Below are positions 46,962-57,796 of a stretch of 64,000 bases of DNA, piece after piece; within the stretch, counting starts at the first letter, position 1; each line of letters starts with the position of its first letter. Below the pieces are notes generated by a model. The model was not told the DNA's origin. It saw only the letters and a list, made by a program, of their open reading frames with translations, and did no database searches. The stretch is from Candidatus Omnitrophota bacterium (GTDB lineage: Bacteria; Omnitrophota; Gorgyraeia; Gygaellales; Profunditerraquicolaceae): NCBI GenBank assembly GCA_041662125.1, contig JBAZTA010000004.1:128343-192342 (forward strand), given 5' to 3'. A program made the position numbers and the translations under genes.

Positions 46962-47879
46962 ATGCGATTCTGGAGTGTCGTGTTAGTAGGAGTTGTCTTT
47001 ATGTTCTCAGGGATTATTGGGTGCGATAAAATAAGCGATATGATGAAGCCTAAGAAGAAAGAAGTTGTATCGGCTCTCGTTGTTACCCCGGCAGTAAAGG
47101 GTACGGTCATTGCCAAGGTAAATAATCTGCCGCTTACATTGGAAGAATTGAACCAGGAAGTTGACGCGGAAAATTCCATGGTTAATAAAGACAGGCCTGA
47201 AGATAAGATAACGACGCGTGACCAGAAGATTAAATATTTGAAGGAGCGTTTGATCCGCCGCGTGCTTCTTTTCCAGGAGGCAAAGAACCGGGGGTTAGAG
47301 AGAAAAGAAGAGATCCTTCAGGCGTTGGAGAAAACCAAGCAGGATCTTTTAGTGGTGGAACTGGTGCGCCAGGAAGCAGAGAAGGTTGATGTGGCATCAT
47401 CTGAAATAGAGGAATATTACAATACGTATCAAGCGCAGTTGAAAGATCCTGAAGAAAGGCGTATCCGGGAAATAGGCGTTAGCTCTGAGCAGGAAGCTAA
47501 AGAAGTATTGATCCAGTCATTGCAGGGAACTGATTTTGCCGCAATGGCCCGTGAGAGGTCAAAATTAGCCAGCGCAAAAGACGGCGGCGACCTGGGTTAT
47601 CTTAAACCAAATGTTAAATCTGCCCAATTTAACGCGATGGCGTTCTCAAGTTCGCTTGAAAAAGGACAGACAAGCAATATTTTTAAGAATTCAGACGGGT
47701 ACTATTATATAGTTAAAATAGAAGATATCCGCGGCGGGGCACAGAAGACCTTGACTGAAATGTGGGAGGATATTAAACGGGGGCTAACTTTTTTAAAGCA
47801 GGAGAGAAAGATCGAAGACCTGATCAGTAAGCTTTCCGGCTCCGCAAAAATAGAGATTTACGAAGGGGAAGTTAAATAG
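46962..47879 (+). CDS. Lipoprotein peptidyl-prolyl cis-trans isomerase (parvulin-type, SurA/PrsA-like)
   Basis: RBS AGGAGG; lipobox FSGIIGC; SurA-like helical N-domain; PpiC domain (GGDLGYLKPN..., GYYYIVKIEDIRGG). Confidence 0.75.
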   Translation: MRFWSVVLVGVVFMFSGIIGCDKISDMMKPKKKEVVSALVVTPAVKGTVIAKVNNLPLTLEELNQEVDAENSMVNKDRPEDKITTRDQKIKYLKERLIRRVLLFQEAKNRGLERKEEILQALEKTKQDLLVVELVRQEAEKVDVASSEIEEYYNTYQAQLKDPEERRIREIGVSSEQEAKEVLIQSLQGTDFAAMARERSKLASAKDGGDLGYLKPNVKSAQFNAMAFSSSLEKGQTSNIFKNSDGYYYIVKIEDIRGGAQKTLTEMWEDIKRGLTFLKQERKIEDLISKLSGSAKIEIYEGEVK

Positions 47880-47924
47880 GTCTTTTTATTGAGTGATACG
47901 CGGTTAATCAAAAAGGCTCCTTAG

Positions 47925-48812
47925 ATGCAAAGACAGAAAATCATGCTTATTGCAGGTATCGTGTTATGCGGTTTGACAGCGTTCATGGTCAAGGTATTCA
48001 TTGACCAGCAGAAACAGGAAGTTATTGAAAAAGCCAAAAAGCAATTGCAGGAAATCCAGGCAAATTCTTCTACGGTATTAGTGGCAAGTGTTGATATTCC
48101 CCGGGGATCGCCTATCAACGCGGACTCTCTGGAAACAACTATTATCCCGAATCAATTTATTCAGCCGAATGCGGTGAACGCGTTAAGCAGGATAGAGGGG
48201 ATGATCACTATGGCGCCGATCGCAAGAGGAGAGCAGGTTACCTTAAGTAAGCTTATGCAGTCCCGCCAAGCTGATGGCCTGGCAGACACCACTCCGATAG
48301 GCAAAAGGGCGATTACTATTACCGTGGATAATATTTCTTCTTTAGCGGGCATGCTGAAACCAGGTGATTATGTGGATGTTATTGCCGCTTTAGCCTTGCC
48401 CATGCAGGGCCCTAATGGAACCGTTGCTTCGCAGCCAGCGGTAATTCCTCTTTTCCAAAATATCCAAGTTCTGGCTGTAGGTCAGGAATTAACCTCAAAG
48501 ACCAAAGGGGAATCGCGGTACAAAAAAGAAGAAACTAAAGAAGCATCGCCCTTGATCACGCTTGCGCTTACTCCGCAGGAATCAAATCTTATTGCTTTTG
48601 TGCAGGAACAGGGCAAGATCCGTTTGGTAGTTCGGTCTCCCGCGGATTCTCAGGTACAGCCGTTTCAGCCGGTCGGCTGGGACGCGCTTATGCAATATAT
48701 TATGCCGCAGCTGGGAGAGCCAAAAGTGGAGGAAGTGAAAGTCCCGGATGAGTATGTAGAGATATACCGCGGTTTAAATAAAGAAACAGTAATTTTGCCT
48801 AAAGAAAATTAA
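47925..48812 (+). CDS. cpaB: Flp pilus assembly protein CpaB/RcpC
   Basis: N-terminal TM anchor; SAF-like domain; position at the head of the tad operon. Confidence 0.75.
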   Translation: MQRQKIMLIAGIVLCGLTAFMVKVFIDQQKQEVIEKAKKQLQEIQANSSTVLVASVDIPRGSPINADSLETTIIPNQFIQPNAVNALSRIEGMITMAPIARGEQVTLSKLMQSRQADGLADTTPIGKRAITITVDNISSLAGMLKPGDYVDVIAALALPMQGPNGTVASQPAVIPLFQNIQVLAVGQELTSKTKGESRYKKEETKEASPLITLALTPQESNLIAFVQEQGKIRLVVRSPADSQVQPFQPVGWDALMQYIMPQLGEPKVEEVKVPDEYVEIYRGLNKETVILPKEN

Positions 48813-48817
48813 AACAT

Positions 48818-50458
48818 ATGAAAAAATATCTTGCTGTATTGCTGGTTGCCGGGGGATTTTTGTTATTCGCGCGGGCTCACGCGTTAAGCGCGAGAGACTC
48901 TGAGCTTCGTATGTATGTGGGGGAGGTCCAGATCATTCAGGTTAATAATCCAACCCGTGTTATGATCGGTAATCCGAATGTGATCGATGTCAGCAATGTG
49001 GGCAGAAAAGAAATGACAGTCAGCGCCAAAGCTCCCGGTAAAACAACGCTTGTGTATTGGGATACCCTCGGGGAACAGTCATTGAATATAAAAGTACTCG
49101 CGGAGGATTTAGACGCAATTAAAGCCCGGGTTGATAATTTGATCGCGACACTGGGGTATCAGGAAGTCGTCAGCCAGGCTGAAGAAGAAGAAGGGAAAGT
49201 TTACCTTTTGGGGAGATTAAAAACATCTGCTGAGAGAGAAAGGCTTCTGAGCGGGTTAGGTTCTTTGAAGGATAAGGTCAATGACCTCATTGTTGTCCTG
49301 GAAGAATCTGCGGTCGTTGAGATCGATGTTCAGGTGCTTGAATTGAACAAGGATGCCAGTAAAAGCCTCGGCTTTACCTGGCCGAGCGCCATCAATCTTC
49401 TTGAACAGGGCTCGCCTGGGTTGAACGATAGCGGCACAAAATTCTCGACGCTCTTTAAGGTTTTAAATTTACAGAGAGGTACTGTTGATGGCGCGGACCC
49501 GTTTACTTTTAAATTATCAGCATTAGTTCAGGAAGGAAAAGCCCGTATTCTTTCCCGCCCAAAGCTTTCTTGTCAAAGCGGCAAAGAAGCAGAAATGCTT
49601 GTCGGAGGGGAAAAGCCGGTGTTTAGTAGTTCAGTTGTATCCGGAGGAGGGACCAGCACGAGTGTTTCCTATAAGGAATACGGGATCAGGTTAAACATTA
49701 AACCTACGGTAACAGCAAAAGAGCAGATCAAGGTCGGCCTCAAGGTGGAGGTAAGTGAAGTTGGGACAGCTGAGACGATCGGCGCTGAGAATGCTCCTTC
49801 GGCAAAAGCCTATCCGCTCCTTAAACGCACTGCTTCAACTGAGCTTTTTCTTGATAACGGCCAGACACTTGCTATCGGAGGATTGATCAAGCAAAAGACC
49901 GAAACAGATGTAAGGAAAGTTGCCGGACTTGGGGATATTCCTGTCTTAGGGATGTTTTTCCGTAATAAAAGTTATAAAGAAGGCGGCGGGCAGGGGGAGC
50001 GGGGTGATTCGGAATTATTCATTACTTTAACGCCTACTATTGTTTCCCGGGATATGGGGGTAGCGCCAGTAATTAAGCACGTTGAAGCTCCATCGGCAGG
50101 GAAGGTAATAGATCTTGAAGCAGAAAAGCCTTCTGCTGAAACGCCGGTACGGGTAGAAAAAGCGCCTGACCCGTTAGATCATTACGCTCGTGTTGTTAAA
50201 GAGCGTATTATGAGCAGCCTGACATATCCGGAAGTGGCCAAATCCGCTGGTTTTCAGGGTACGGTAAAATTAAGCCTGAAACTTACTTATACAGGGCAGC
50301 TTTTAGAGGCGGTACTCAAGAAGTCTTCGGGTTATCAGGTCCTTGATGATCATGCTTTATCGGTGGCAAAAACTATCGCGTATTATCCGCCTTTTCCTCC
50401 CTCGATTGGCCTGCAGGAAATTTGGATAGACGTCCCAATCGGCTATCATTTAGAGTAA
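48818..50458 (+). CDS. cpaC: Tad secretin CpaC/RcpA with a C-terminal TonB_C-like domain fusion
   Basis: Signal peptide and secretin domain (...RPKLSCQSGKEAEMLVGGEKPV..., GDIPVLGMFFRN). The C-terminal ~90 aa (YPEVAKSAGFQGTVKLSLKLTYTGQLLEAVLKKSSGYQVLDDHALSVAKTIAYYPPFPP) match the TonB C-terminal domain consensus. Confidence 0.85.
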   Translation: MKKYLAVLLVAGGFLLFARAHALSARDSELRMYVGEVQIIQVNNPTRVMIGNPNVIDVSNVGRKEMTVSAKAPGKTTLVYWDTLGEQSLNIKVLAEDLDAIKARVDNLIATLGYQEVVSQAEEEEGKVYLLGRLKTSAERERLLSGLGSLKDKVNDLIVVLEESAVVEIDVQVLELNKDASKSLGFTWPSAINLLEQGSPGLNDSGTKFSTLFKVLNLQRGTVDGADPFTFKLSALVQEGKARILSRPKLSCQSGKEAEMLVGGEKPVFSSSVVSGGGTSTSVSYKEYGIRLNIKPTVTAKEQIKVGLKVEVSEVGTAETIGAENAPSAKAYPLLKRTASTELFLDNGQTLAIGGLIKQKTETDVRKVAGLGDIPVLGMFFRNKSYKEGGGQGERGDSELFITLTPTIVSRDMGVAPVIKHVEAPSAGKVIDLEAEKPSAETPVRVEKAPDPLDHYARVVKERIMSSLTYPEVAKSAGFQGTVKLSLKLTYTGQLLEAVLKKSSGYQVLDDHALSVAKTIAYYPPFPPSIGLQEIWIDVPIGYHLE

Positions 50459-50472
50459 GATGATACGATATT

Positions 50473-52635
<2,163 letters not shown>

Positions 52636-52670
52636 GTATAATCAATATATAGTAAGATTCAAGAGTAATA

Positions 52671-52710
52671 TTCAAGACCCGGCCTTATCTGTACAAGACC
52701 GGGTCTTGAA
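52671..52710. repeat. 12-bp perfect inverted repeat TTCAAGACCCGG / CCGGGTCTTGAA containing the recurring AAGACCGGGTCTT palindrome
   Basis: Located right after the cpaEF stop; same motif as at 7991-8043; no U-tract follows. Confidence 0.6.
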
Positions 52711-52721
52711 ATATAACATAA

Positions 52722-53090
52722 ATGCTGATAAAGAACGAAACAAAAAATACGGTCTTAGCTGATAAAGCGGTTATAGCTAATACGCTTTTAAAGCGTATGA
52801 AAGGCTTGCTTGGTGAAAAAGAATTAGCAAGAGGGAAAGCGCTTGTTTTAGAGCCCTGTAATGCAATACATTGTTTTTTTATGCGTTTTACCATAGATGT
52901 TTTGTTTCTTGGGAAAGATAATCGTGTGGTAAAGGCCCTTCCTGAAATAAAACCGTTTCAGTTCTCTAAGATTTATTGGGGAGCTGTTAAAGTAATTGAA
53001 TTGCCTGCCAATACAATCAAGTCTACTCAAACTTCCGATGGTGATATTATCACCTTTGTAAATGTCCAATCTGGTTCTACCCCTTTCTAA
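52722..53090 (+). CDS. DUF192 (COG1430) family protein
   Basis: ...KGLLGEKELARGKALVLEPCNAIHCFFMRFTIDVLFLGKDNRVV matches the DUF192 GLM-R...GMLF...FWMKNT..LDIIF pattern. Confidence 0.55.
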   Translation: MLIKNETKNTVLADKAVIANTLLKRMKGLLGEKELARGKALVLEPCNAIHCFFMRFTIDVLFLGKDNRVVKALPEIKPFQFSKIYWGAVKVIELPANTIKSTQTSDGDIITFVNVQSGSTPF

Positions 53091-53186
53091 TCATTAGGAT
53101 TTGACAAATCAAATTCGCTATGGTATATTATTAATGAGCTTAATAATGTCCAATCTGGTTAATCATTAGTATTCTTAGGAGATAAA

Positions 53187-54767
53187 ATGGGAGTAATTTA
53201 TAAATTACATCAGGATGTGACCGATTATATTTTTGTTATTAAGAAAAAAGACCCATTATTGAGTTGTCGCAAGATTTCTGTGATCATTTCTGAGAAATTT
53301 AAAAGTAAGGTTTCAAAATCAAGTATTAATGCGGTGCTCAAACAAGCTCGTTTGAGTATGCCGGTTGGAAGAAGGCGCAAGCAAAAAAGAAACATTTTTG
53401 AGGCTGTTGGCCTTGGGGCATTTTTCCTCAAAGCCGCTGATTGCCTTACCAATGTCAGCGTCGGGTTCAATGAAATAGTGGCTCAAAAATTGGGTGTTTC
53501 GCTGCAAGATATCGCAGGTAAGACCGACTTTTTGCTTTATAAACAGCTTTTTAGCGATCCACAAAGCCGGGAAACCTTGAATCAGGTCTCTGGTTTAAAA
53601 GCCTTTGTTGGCAGTCGAATTGAAGTGAAGGAAATGGATTCTTATCTTGAAGAAATAAAACAGGTTATGACCTTACCTGCTGTTCTTTGCCAATTAATAA
53701 CGAAATCTTTTCAAGAAATCCGTTGTGTTAAGATCAGATTGATAGATGGTACGTACTTTTTGCTTGATGGCAGGTTATCTACTATTTGGCAATCGGCTGA
53801 GAATATACCTTTCGATTTCTCTGTAACATATAATGAGATAAAGAGTTATATAAAAAATATTATTGCAGGAAAACCGGTCGTTCTATTTATGGGCCCTGAA
53901 AAAAAGCAAGCAATGGGAGAGTTTTTCCGGTTTCTTATGAATTTATATTCGCAAGGTAAAAATATCTCGAATTTAGCTCTTTGTAATAATAGCTCTCAGG
54001 AGCTAGAGGTTATTGATTTTGCTGGTTTGCATGATAAAAAAATGCAGGTTATTTTTGGATTATGGCCTTGGCAATACGGGCAATACCGTAAGATCACATA
54101 TCTTGAAAAATTTAAATTTTATCGTTTCGAACAAATTAAGAAAGATTTTTATATTGCGGATGTTAATGTTGAATTTACGCAACCGATTGTAAACAATAGC
54201 CTTATATTAAGAGGTTGCGCTTTGAAAAACAGTTTAAATGAAAAGGTCAGGCTGGTGATCTTAACTAATGCGTCTGTTTCAGAGTTATCTTCCTCTGATC
54301 TTGTGGCTGCTTACTTGGAACGTTGGCCGAATTTAGAAGAAACGTATGAAGATTATAACCGCAAGAATGAGCTCTTTTTTTATACTGATGCGGCAAAATC
54401 CACCTTTTCTTTAGGGCTTTTAAATGTTAATTTAGAGCCTTCCTTGGGGCTGGATATGCTTTTTAGTTACTATTTGCAGGCGCTTGATTTATACGCGAAA
54501 TGGCGTTTTTTCCCGCAGGGATATAGAAAAAAAGATTTCTCGACGATGAATGAACTGTTTTATCAGTTGCCTTGCCAATTGAAAATAACCAAAAATAAGC
54601 TTTTATTAACATTTATTGTGCCTGCCGAGTACCCTTTTTTGAAAGATCTTTCCTATGCTTGCTGCCGCGTCAATGAAAGGGGCATAGTCTTAAAAAACGC
54701 CTACCGGCTTTTTATGGAAGTATTGCCGCGTTTAATTGATAACCCTATCGCCCTAAATAAATTATAA
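53187..54767 (+). CDS. Hypothetical protein (526 aa) embedded in the tad locus
   Basis: Long ORF with no recognised motif and no signal peptide. Confidence 0.5.
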   Translation: MGVIYKLHQDVTDYIFVIKKKDPLLSCRKISVIISEKFKSKVSKSSINAVLKQARLSMPVGRRRKQKRNIFEAVGLGAFFLKAADCLTNVSVGFNEIVAQKLGVSLQDIAGKTDFLLYKQLFSDPQSRETLNQVSGLKAFVGSRIEVKEMDSYLEEIKQVMTLPAVLCQLITKSFQEIRCVKIRLIDGTYFLLDGRLSTIWQSAENIPFDFSVTYNEIKSYIKNIIAGKPVVLFMGPEKKQAMGEFFRFLMNLYSQGKNISNLALCNNSSQELEVIDFAGLHDKKMQVIFGLWPWQYGQYRKITYLEKFKFYRFEQIKKDFYIADVNVEFTQPIVNNSLILRGCALKNSLNEKVRLVILTNASVSELSSSDLVAAYLERWPNLEETYEDYNRKNELFFYTDAAKSTFSLGLLNVNLEPSLGLDMLFSYYLQALDLYAKWRFFPQGYRKKDFSTMNELFYQLPCQLKITKNKLLLTFIVPAEYPFLKDLSYACCRVNERGIVLKNAYRLFMEVLPRLIDNPIALNKL

Positions 54768-54801
54768 ATCGAAAACGCTTGCAAAATTACCGCAAATCCC
54801 C

Positions 54802-54830
54802 TTGACATTGCTATGGGTAAATGCTATATT
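54802..54830 (+). promoter_or_regulatory. Perfect-consensus sigma70 promoter (TTGACA - 17 nt - TATATT) driving the pilin gene array
   Basis: TTGACA at 54802-54807 and TATATT at 54825-54830, followed by a ~200-nt leader before the first pilin ATG at 55037. Confidence 0.55.
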
Positions 54831-55036
54831 TTGAGTGTCACAGCTACGGCAGCGAAAAGGCAATTCTGCTAGGAGGTAGCAGATGCGCAAAGCCACGGGA
54901 CGAAGTAATGCTCGCCGGAAATATGTGTTTTTTTCCTTTGTTTATTGCATCGGGTCACATGCGAGTACGTTAACCGGGTTACCGAAAGCCGTTAGGGATA
55001 TTTGGTAATGCGGTTTTTTTATTTATGGAGTTTATA

Positions 55037-55240
55037 ATGAGTTTTGAAAAGACTTTTAGAAGTAAGAAGGCACAGGCAGTCGTCGAATATATTGTTATAT
55101 TTGTTGTTTTAACGTTCGCGATCCTTTTGGCTTTTGGAGGGCTTAATTTAGGCGACTCCCGCGGTAATAATTCTAAGGTGAATATGAAATCTACATTTGA
55201 CACGGTAGTGGATAATGCCGTGGCGCAAATAAAGGATTAA
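55037..55240 (+). CDS. flp: Flp-family prepilin (class III signal peptide)
   Basis: KKAQAVVEYIVIFVVLTF matches the Flp motif G/A-xxxx-EY followed by a hydrophobic helix. Confidence 0.65.
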   Translation: MSFEKTFRSKKAQAVVEYIVIFVVLTFAILLAFGGLNLGDSRGNNSKVNMKSTFDTVVDNAVAQIKD

Positions 55241-55241
55241 G

Positions 55242-55553
55242 ATGAATAAAAAAGGAGTTATAACGATCGAGTTTTGTATGTTGATTATCCTGTGCGCGGT
55301 ATCAGGCATTTGTATGATGGGGTATTTAAAAGGCGCTATCGCAGGCGGCTGGCATGCCAACGCGGATAGCTTTTCTGATGACCAATATGATGATGCAAGC
55401 AGCACGCTTAATTATACTAAAACTGAAGGGCCGACTGTCACTATTACTGATGTTATGACGGCTAAGACAGCAGGTGGAACTTCTCTCTCTGAAGGCGCGA
55501 ATGATGATGGGATGATTATTTACAGCAATTGGGGGAGCGCAGGTGCTTACTAA
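55242..55553 (+). CDS. TadE-like pseudopilin (103 aa)
   Basis: KKGVITIEFCMLIILCAV TadE-like N-terminal motif. Confidence 0.6.
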   Translation: MNKKGVITIEFCMLIILCAVSGICMMGYLKGAIAGGWHANADSFSDDQYDDASSTLNYTKTEGPTVTITDVMTAKTAGGTSLSEGANDDGMIIYSNWGSAGAY

Positions 55554-55734
55554 AAGAAAAAAAATTATTTTTAACAAAACTTTTTTCCGAGGGCAAAGTG
55601 TGTTAGAATATGCTTTGTTGATCATTACTGTTGCAGCTGTATTTATCGCCATGAACCTGTATATTCGCAGGTCTGTAAATGCCAGGCTGCATAATATGGA
55701 AATTGAGATCAGTCCGCCTATAGCGGTTAATTAA
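55543..55734 (+). CDS. flp: Flp-family prepilin (63 aa)
   Basis: FFRGQSVLEYALLIITVAAVFIA. Confidence 0.7.
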   Translation: MLTKRKKIIFNKTFFRGQSVLEYALLIITVAAVFIAMNLYIRRSVNARLHNMEIEISPPIAVN

Positions 55735-55772
55735 CCGGGGCGGATTTAACAAAAAACGAGGAGGTGAGAAAG

Positions 55773-55958
55773 ATGATGGTGAGCAAGAAAAAAGGTCAGT
55801 CAACCTTGGAGTATGTATTGATTTTAACAGCGGTTATCGCGGGGATAATATTTGCGACTACTCAGTTTATTCAGCCGCGGGTGCAGTCTTCCGTGAACCA
55901 TGTTACGAATCAGATGAACGCTATGGTAAGCAGGATTTCTTTTCCTAATGGGACCTAA
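55773..55958 (+). CDS. flp: Flp-family prepilin (61 aa)
   Basis: RBS GAGGAGGTG; KKKGQSTLEYVLILTAVIAGIIFA. Confidence 0.75.
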   Translation: MMVSKKKGQSTLEYVLILTAVIAGIIFATTQFIQPRVQSSVNHVTNQMNAMVSRISFPNGT

Positions 55959-55997
55959 GATCGACGCAGGTGTATATTTTATAAGGAGGTGGAAGCA

Positions 55998-56333
55998 ATG
56001 ACTCGAAAATGGAGGAAGAGGGCGCAAACAACTGCCGAGTACGCGATATTGATCGCGCTGGTTATCGGCGCAGTGGTTGCGATGCAAATTTATGTAAAAA
56101 GAGGGATACAGGGCCGGATTAAAGAAACGGTGGATTTTGTCGGGACAAACGGTACTGTAGGCAATAGTAATTTTAGTTTTACGACCAATCAGTATGAGCC
56201 TTATTATATTTGTTCGACATCCAATAGTAATCAGAATATGGTTGAGAACCAAAATTATCAAGCAAACGGCAATGTTGCTAGAAATACAACGGCAAATTCT
56301 AGAGTTAATCGTACGCAAACGATGGGATGGTAA
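55998..56333 (+). CDS. flp: Flp-family prepilin with long Asn/Thr/Ser-rich C-terminal tail (111 aa), type A
   Basis: RBS AAGGAGG; KRAQTTAEYAILIALVIGAVVAMQIYVKRG. Paralog of 56742-57080. Confidence 0.75.
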   Translation: MTRKWRKRAQTTAEYAILIALVIGAVVAMQIYVKRGIQGRIKETVDFVGTNGTVGNSNFSFTTNQYEPYYICSTSNSNQNMVENQNYQANGNVARNTTANSRVNRTQTMGW

Positions 56334-56357
56334 TCTGAAAGCGAGGTGAATAAGACA

Positions 56358-56705
56358 ATGTTTATTCGTTTAACGAAACGAGCTCAAAGCACCTTGGAAT
56401 ACGCGGTGATCATCGCGGTTGTGGTAGGGGCGCTCATTGCGATGCAGGTATATGTAAAAAGGGGTTTACAGGGAAGGCTGCGTCAGGCAAGCGATGATAT
56501 CGGCGACCAATTCTCTCCCGGTGTTACAACAACCAGCTATACTACGGTAAGTAATGTCACTACTCGTGAATGGGTTAATAAGGCTATAAGCGGCGCGACT
56601 AACATGACGGGGACAAAAACAGACAGTACTCAGAATCAAAGACGAAACGGTACTGAAAACGTCGCTGCTCAAAATAGTGAATGGTGGTTTACAAACGGTT
56701 CATAA
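56358..56705 (+). CDS. flp: Flp-family prepilin with long C-terminal tail (115 aa), type B
   Basis: TKRAQSTLEYAVIIAVVVGALIAMQVYVKRG. Paralog of 57103-57444 and 57467-57796. Confidence 0.75.
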   Translation: MFIRLTKRAQSTLEYAVIIAVVVGALIAMQVYVKRGLQGRLRQASDDIGDQFSPGVTTTSYTTVSNVTTREWVNKAISGATNMTGTKTDSTQNQRRNGTENVAAQNSEWWFTNGS

Positions 56706-56741
56706 GTGCGTTTTGGCAGAAGACATAAGGAGGTGGAAGCA

Positions 56742-57080
56742 ATGACGCGAAAATGGAAGAAGAAAGCACAAACAACTGCTGAATACGCGGTATTGATCGC
56801 GTTGGTTATCGGAGCAGTGGTTACGATGCAAATTTATGTAAAAAGAGGCATGCAAAACAGGATAAAAAATGTGGTTGACCATACTGGAGCGGGTAGTTTA
56901 CTGGTTGGCAATCGGACTTTTACTCTTTCCGGCAATCAGTATGAGCCTTATTATGCTAATACTCATGCTAATACTCAGCAAAGGTCGGGAGAAGACGCTC
57001 GAATGCAGTATGGAGGCGCTGTTAATAGGATATCGAATTCACAGTCCAACGCAATAAGAAATGGTACGACGGGTTTTTAA
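56742..57080 (+). CDS. flp: Flp-family prepilin, type A paralog (112 aa)
   Basis: The first ~45 codons are near-identical at nucleotide level to 55998-56130; the C-terminal tail diverges. Confidence 0.75.
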   Translation: MTRKWKKKAQTTAEYAVLIALVIGAVVTMQIYVKRGMQNRIKNVVDHTGAGSLLVGNRTFTLSGNQYEPYYANTHANTQQRSGEDARMQYGGAVNRISNSQSNAIRNGTTGF

Positions 57081-57102
57081 TGTAAAGGGGGTGAATAAGA
57101 CC

Positions 57103-57444
57103 ATGTTTATCCGTTTAACGAAACGAGCTCAAAGCACCTTGGAATACGCGGTGATCATCGCGGTTGTGGTAGGGGCGCTCATTGCGATGCAGGTATATGT
57201 AAAAAGGGGTTTACAGGGAAGGCTGCGTCAGGCAACTGATGATGTTGGAGATCAATTTTCTCCGGGTAACACCAATTACCATTATGTAACAAATAGTTAT
57301 GTTGACAGTGATGAAAGATCTGCCGGCGGGAGTTATTTTTCTAATACGATCCCTACAGCAACGACCATAAGCAACCAAAGCCAGAACCGCACGGGCAATG
57401 AAAGAGTTTTGAATCAAACTAATGAACACTGGATAGCGCCTTAA
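57103..57444 (+). CDS. flp: Flp-family prepilin, type B paralog (113 aa)
   Basis: The first ~55 codons are identical to 56358-56520 at nucleotide level; the tail diverges. Confidence 0.75.
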   Translation: MFIRLTKRAQSTLEYAVIIAVVVGALIAMQVYVKRGLQGRLRQATDDVGDQFSPGNTNYHYVTNSYVDSDERSAGGSYFSNTIPTATTISNQSQNRTGNERVLNQTNEHWIAP

Positions 57445-57466
57445 TAATGGCTGACTCGAAGGGAAT

Positions 57467-57796
57467 ATGCTGATACAATTACGCAACACCAGAGGACAGA
57501 GTATAATGGAATATGCGGTCCTTTTAAGCATTGTGGTCGGGGCTTTAGTTGCCATGCAGGTTTACGTTAAGCGCGGCTTGCAGGGAAGAGTCAGGGATTT
57601 AGCTGACCAGATCAGTCCCACGCAGTACGAAGCAGGCCAGACCGAATCACAATATATGACAGTCCAGAGCGGGACCGTTTCGGAAAGTTATAACCAGGGT
57701 ATTTCCCGCCGCTATCAAGACGGAACGAATAATTCGACCGCGGAAACGATGGTGAAAAATGGATCTGAAACAACATATCCAGAAGAAGCGGATTAA
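57467..57796 (+). CDS. flp: Flp-family prepilin, type B-like (109 aa)
   Basis: NTRGQSIMEYAVLLSIVVGALVAMQVYVKRGLQGR. Confidence 0.7.
   Translation: MLIQLRNTRGQSIMEYAVLLSIVVGALVAMQVYVKRGLQGRVRDLADQISPTQYEAGQTESQYMTVQSGTVSESYNQGISRRYQDGTNNSTAETMVKNGSETTYPEEAD

Noticed and set aside
54830-55036. Confident call of a c-di-GMP-I (GEMM) riboswitch in the pilin leader
   Set aside because: Only a GCAAAGCC-like box and generic hairpins are visible. I could not establish the P1/P2 tetraloop-receptor architecture by eye, so it is downgraded to a hypothesis in the findings.
55148-56318. Minus-strand ORFs (85, 108 and 164 aa) across the pilin array
   Set aside because: Antisense to tightly packed, motif-supported Flp pilin genes; no independent support.
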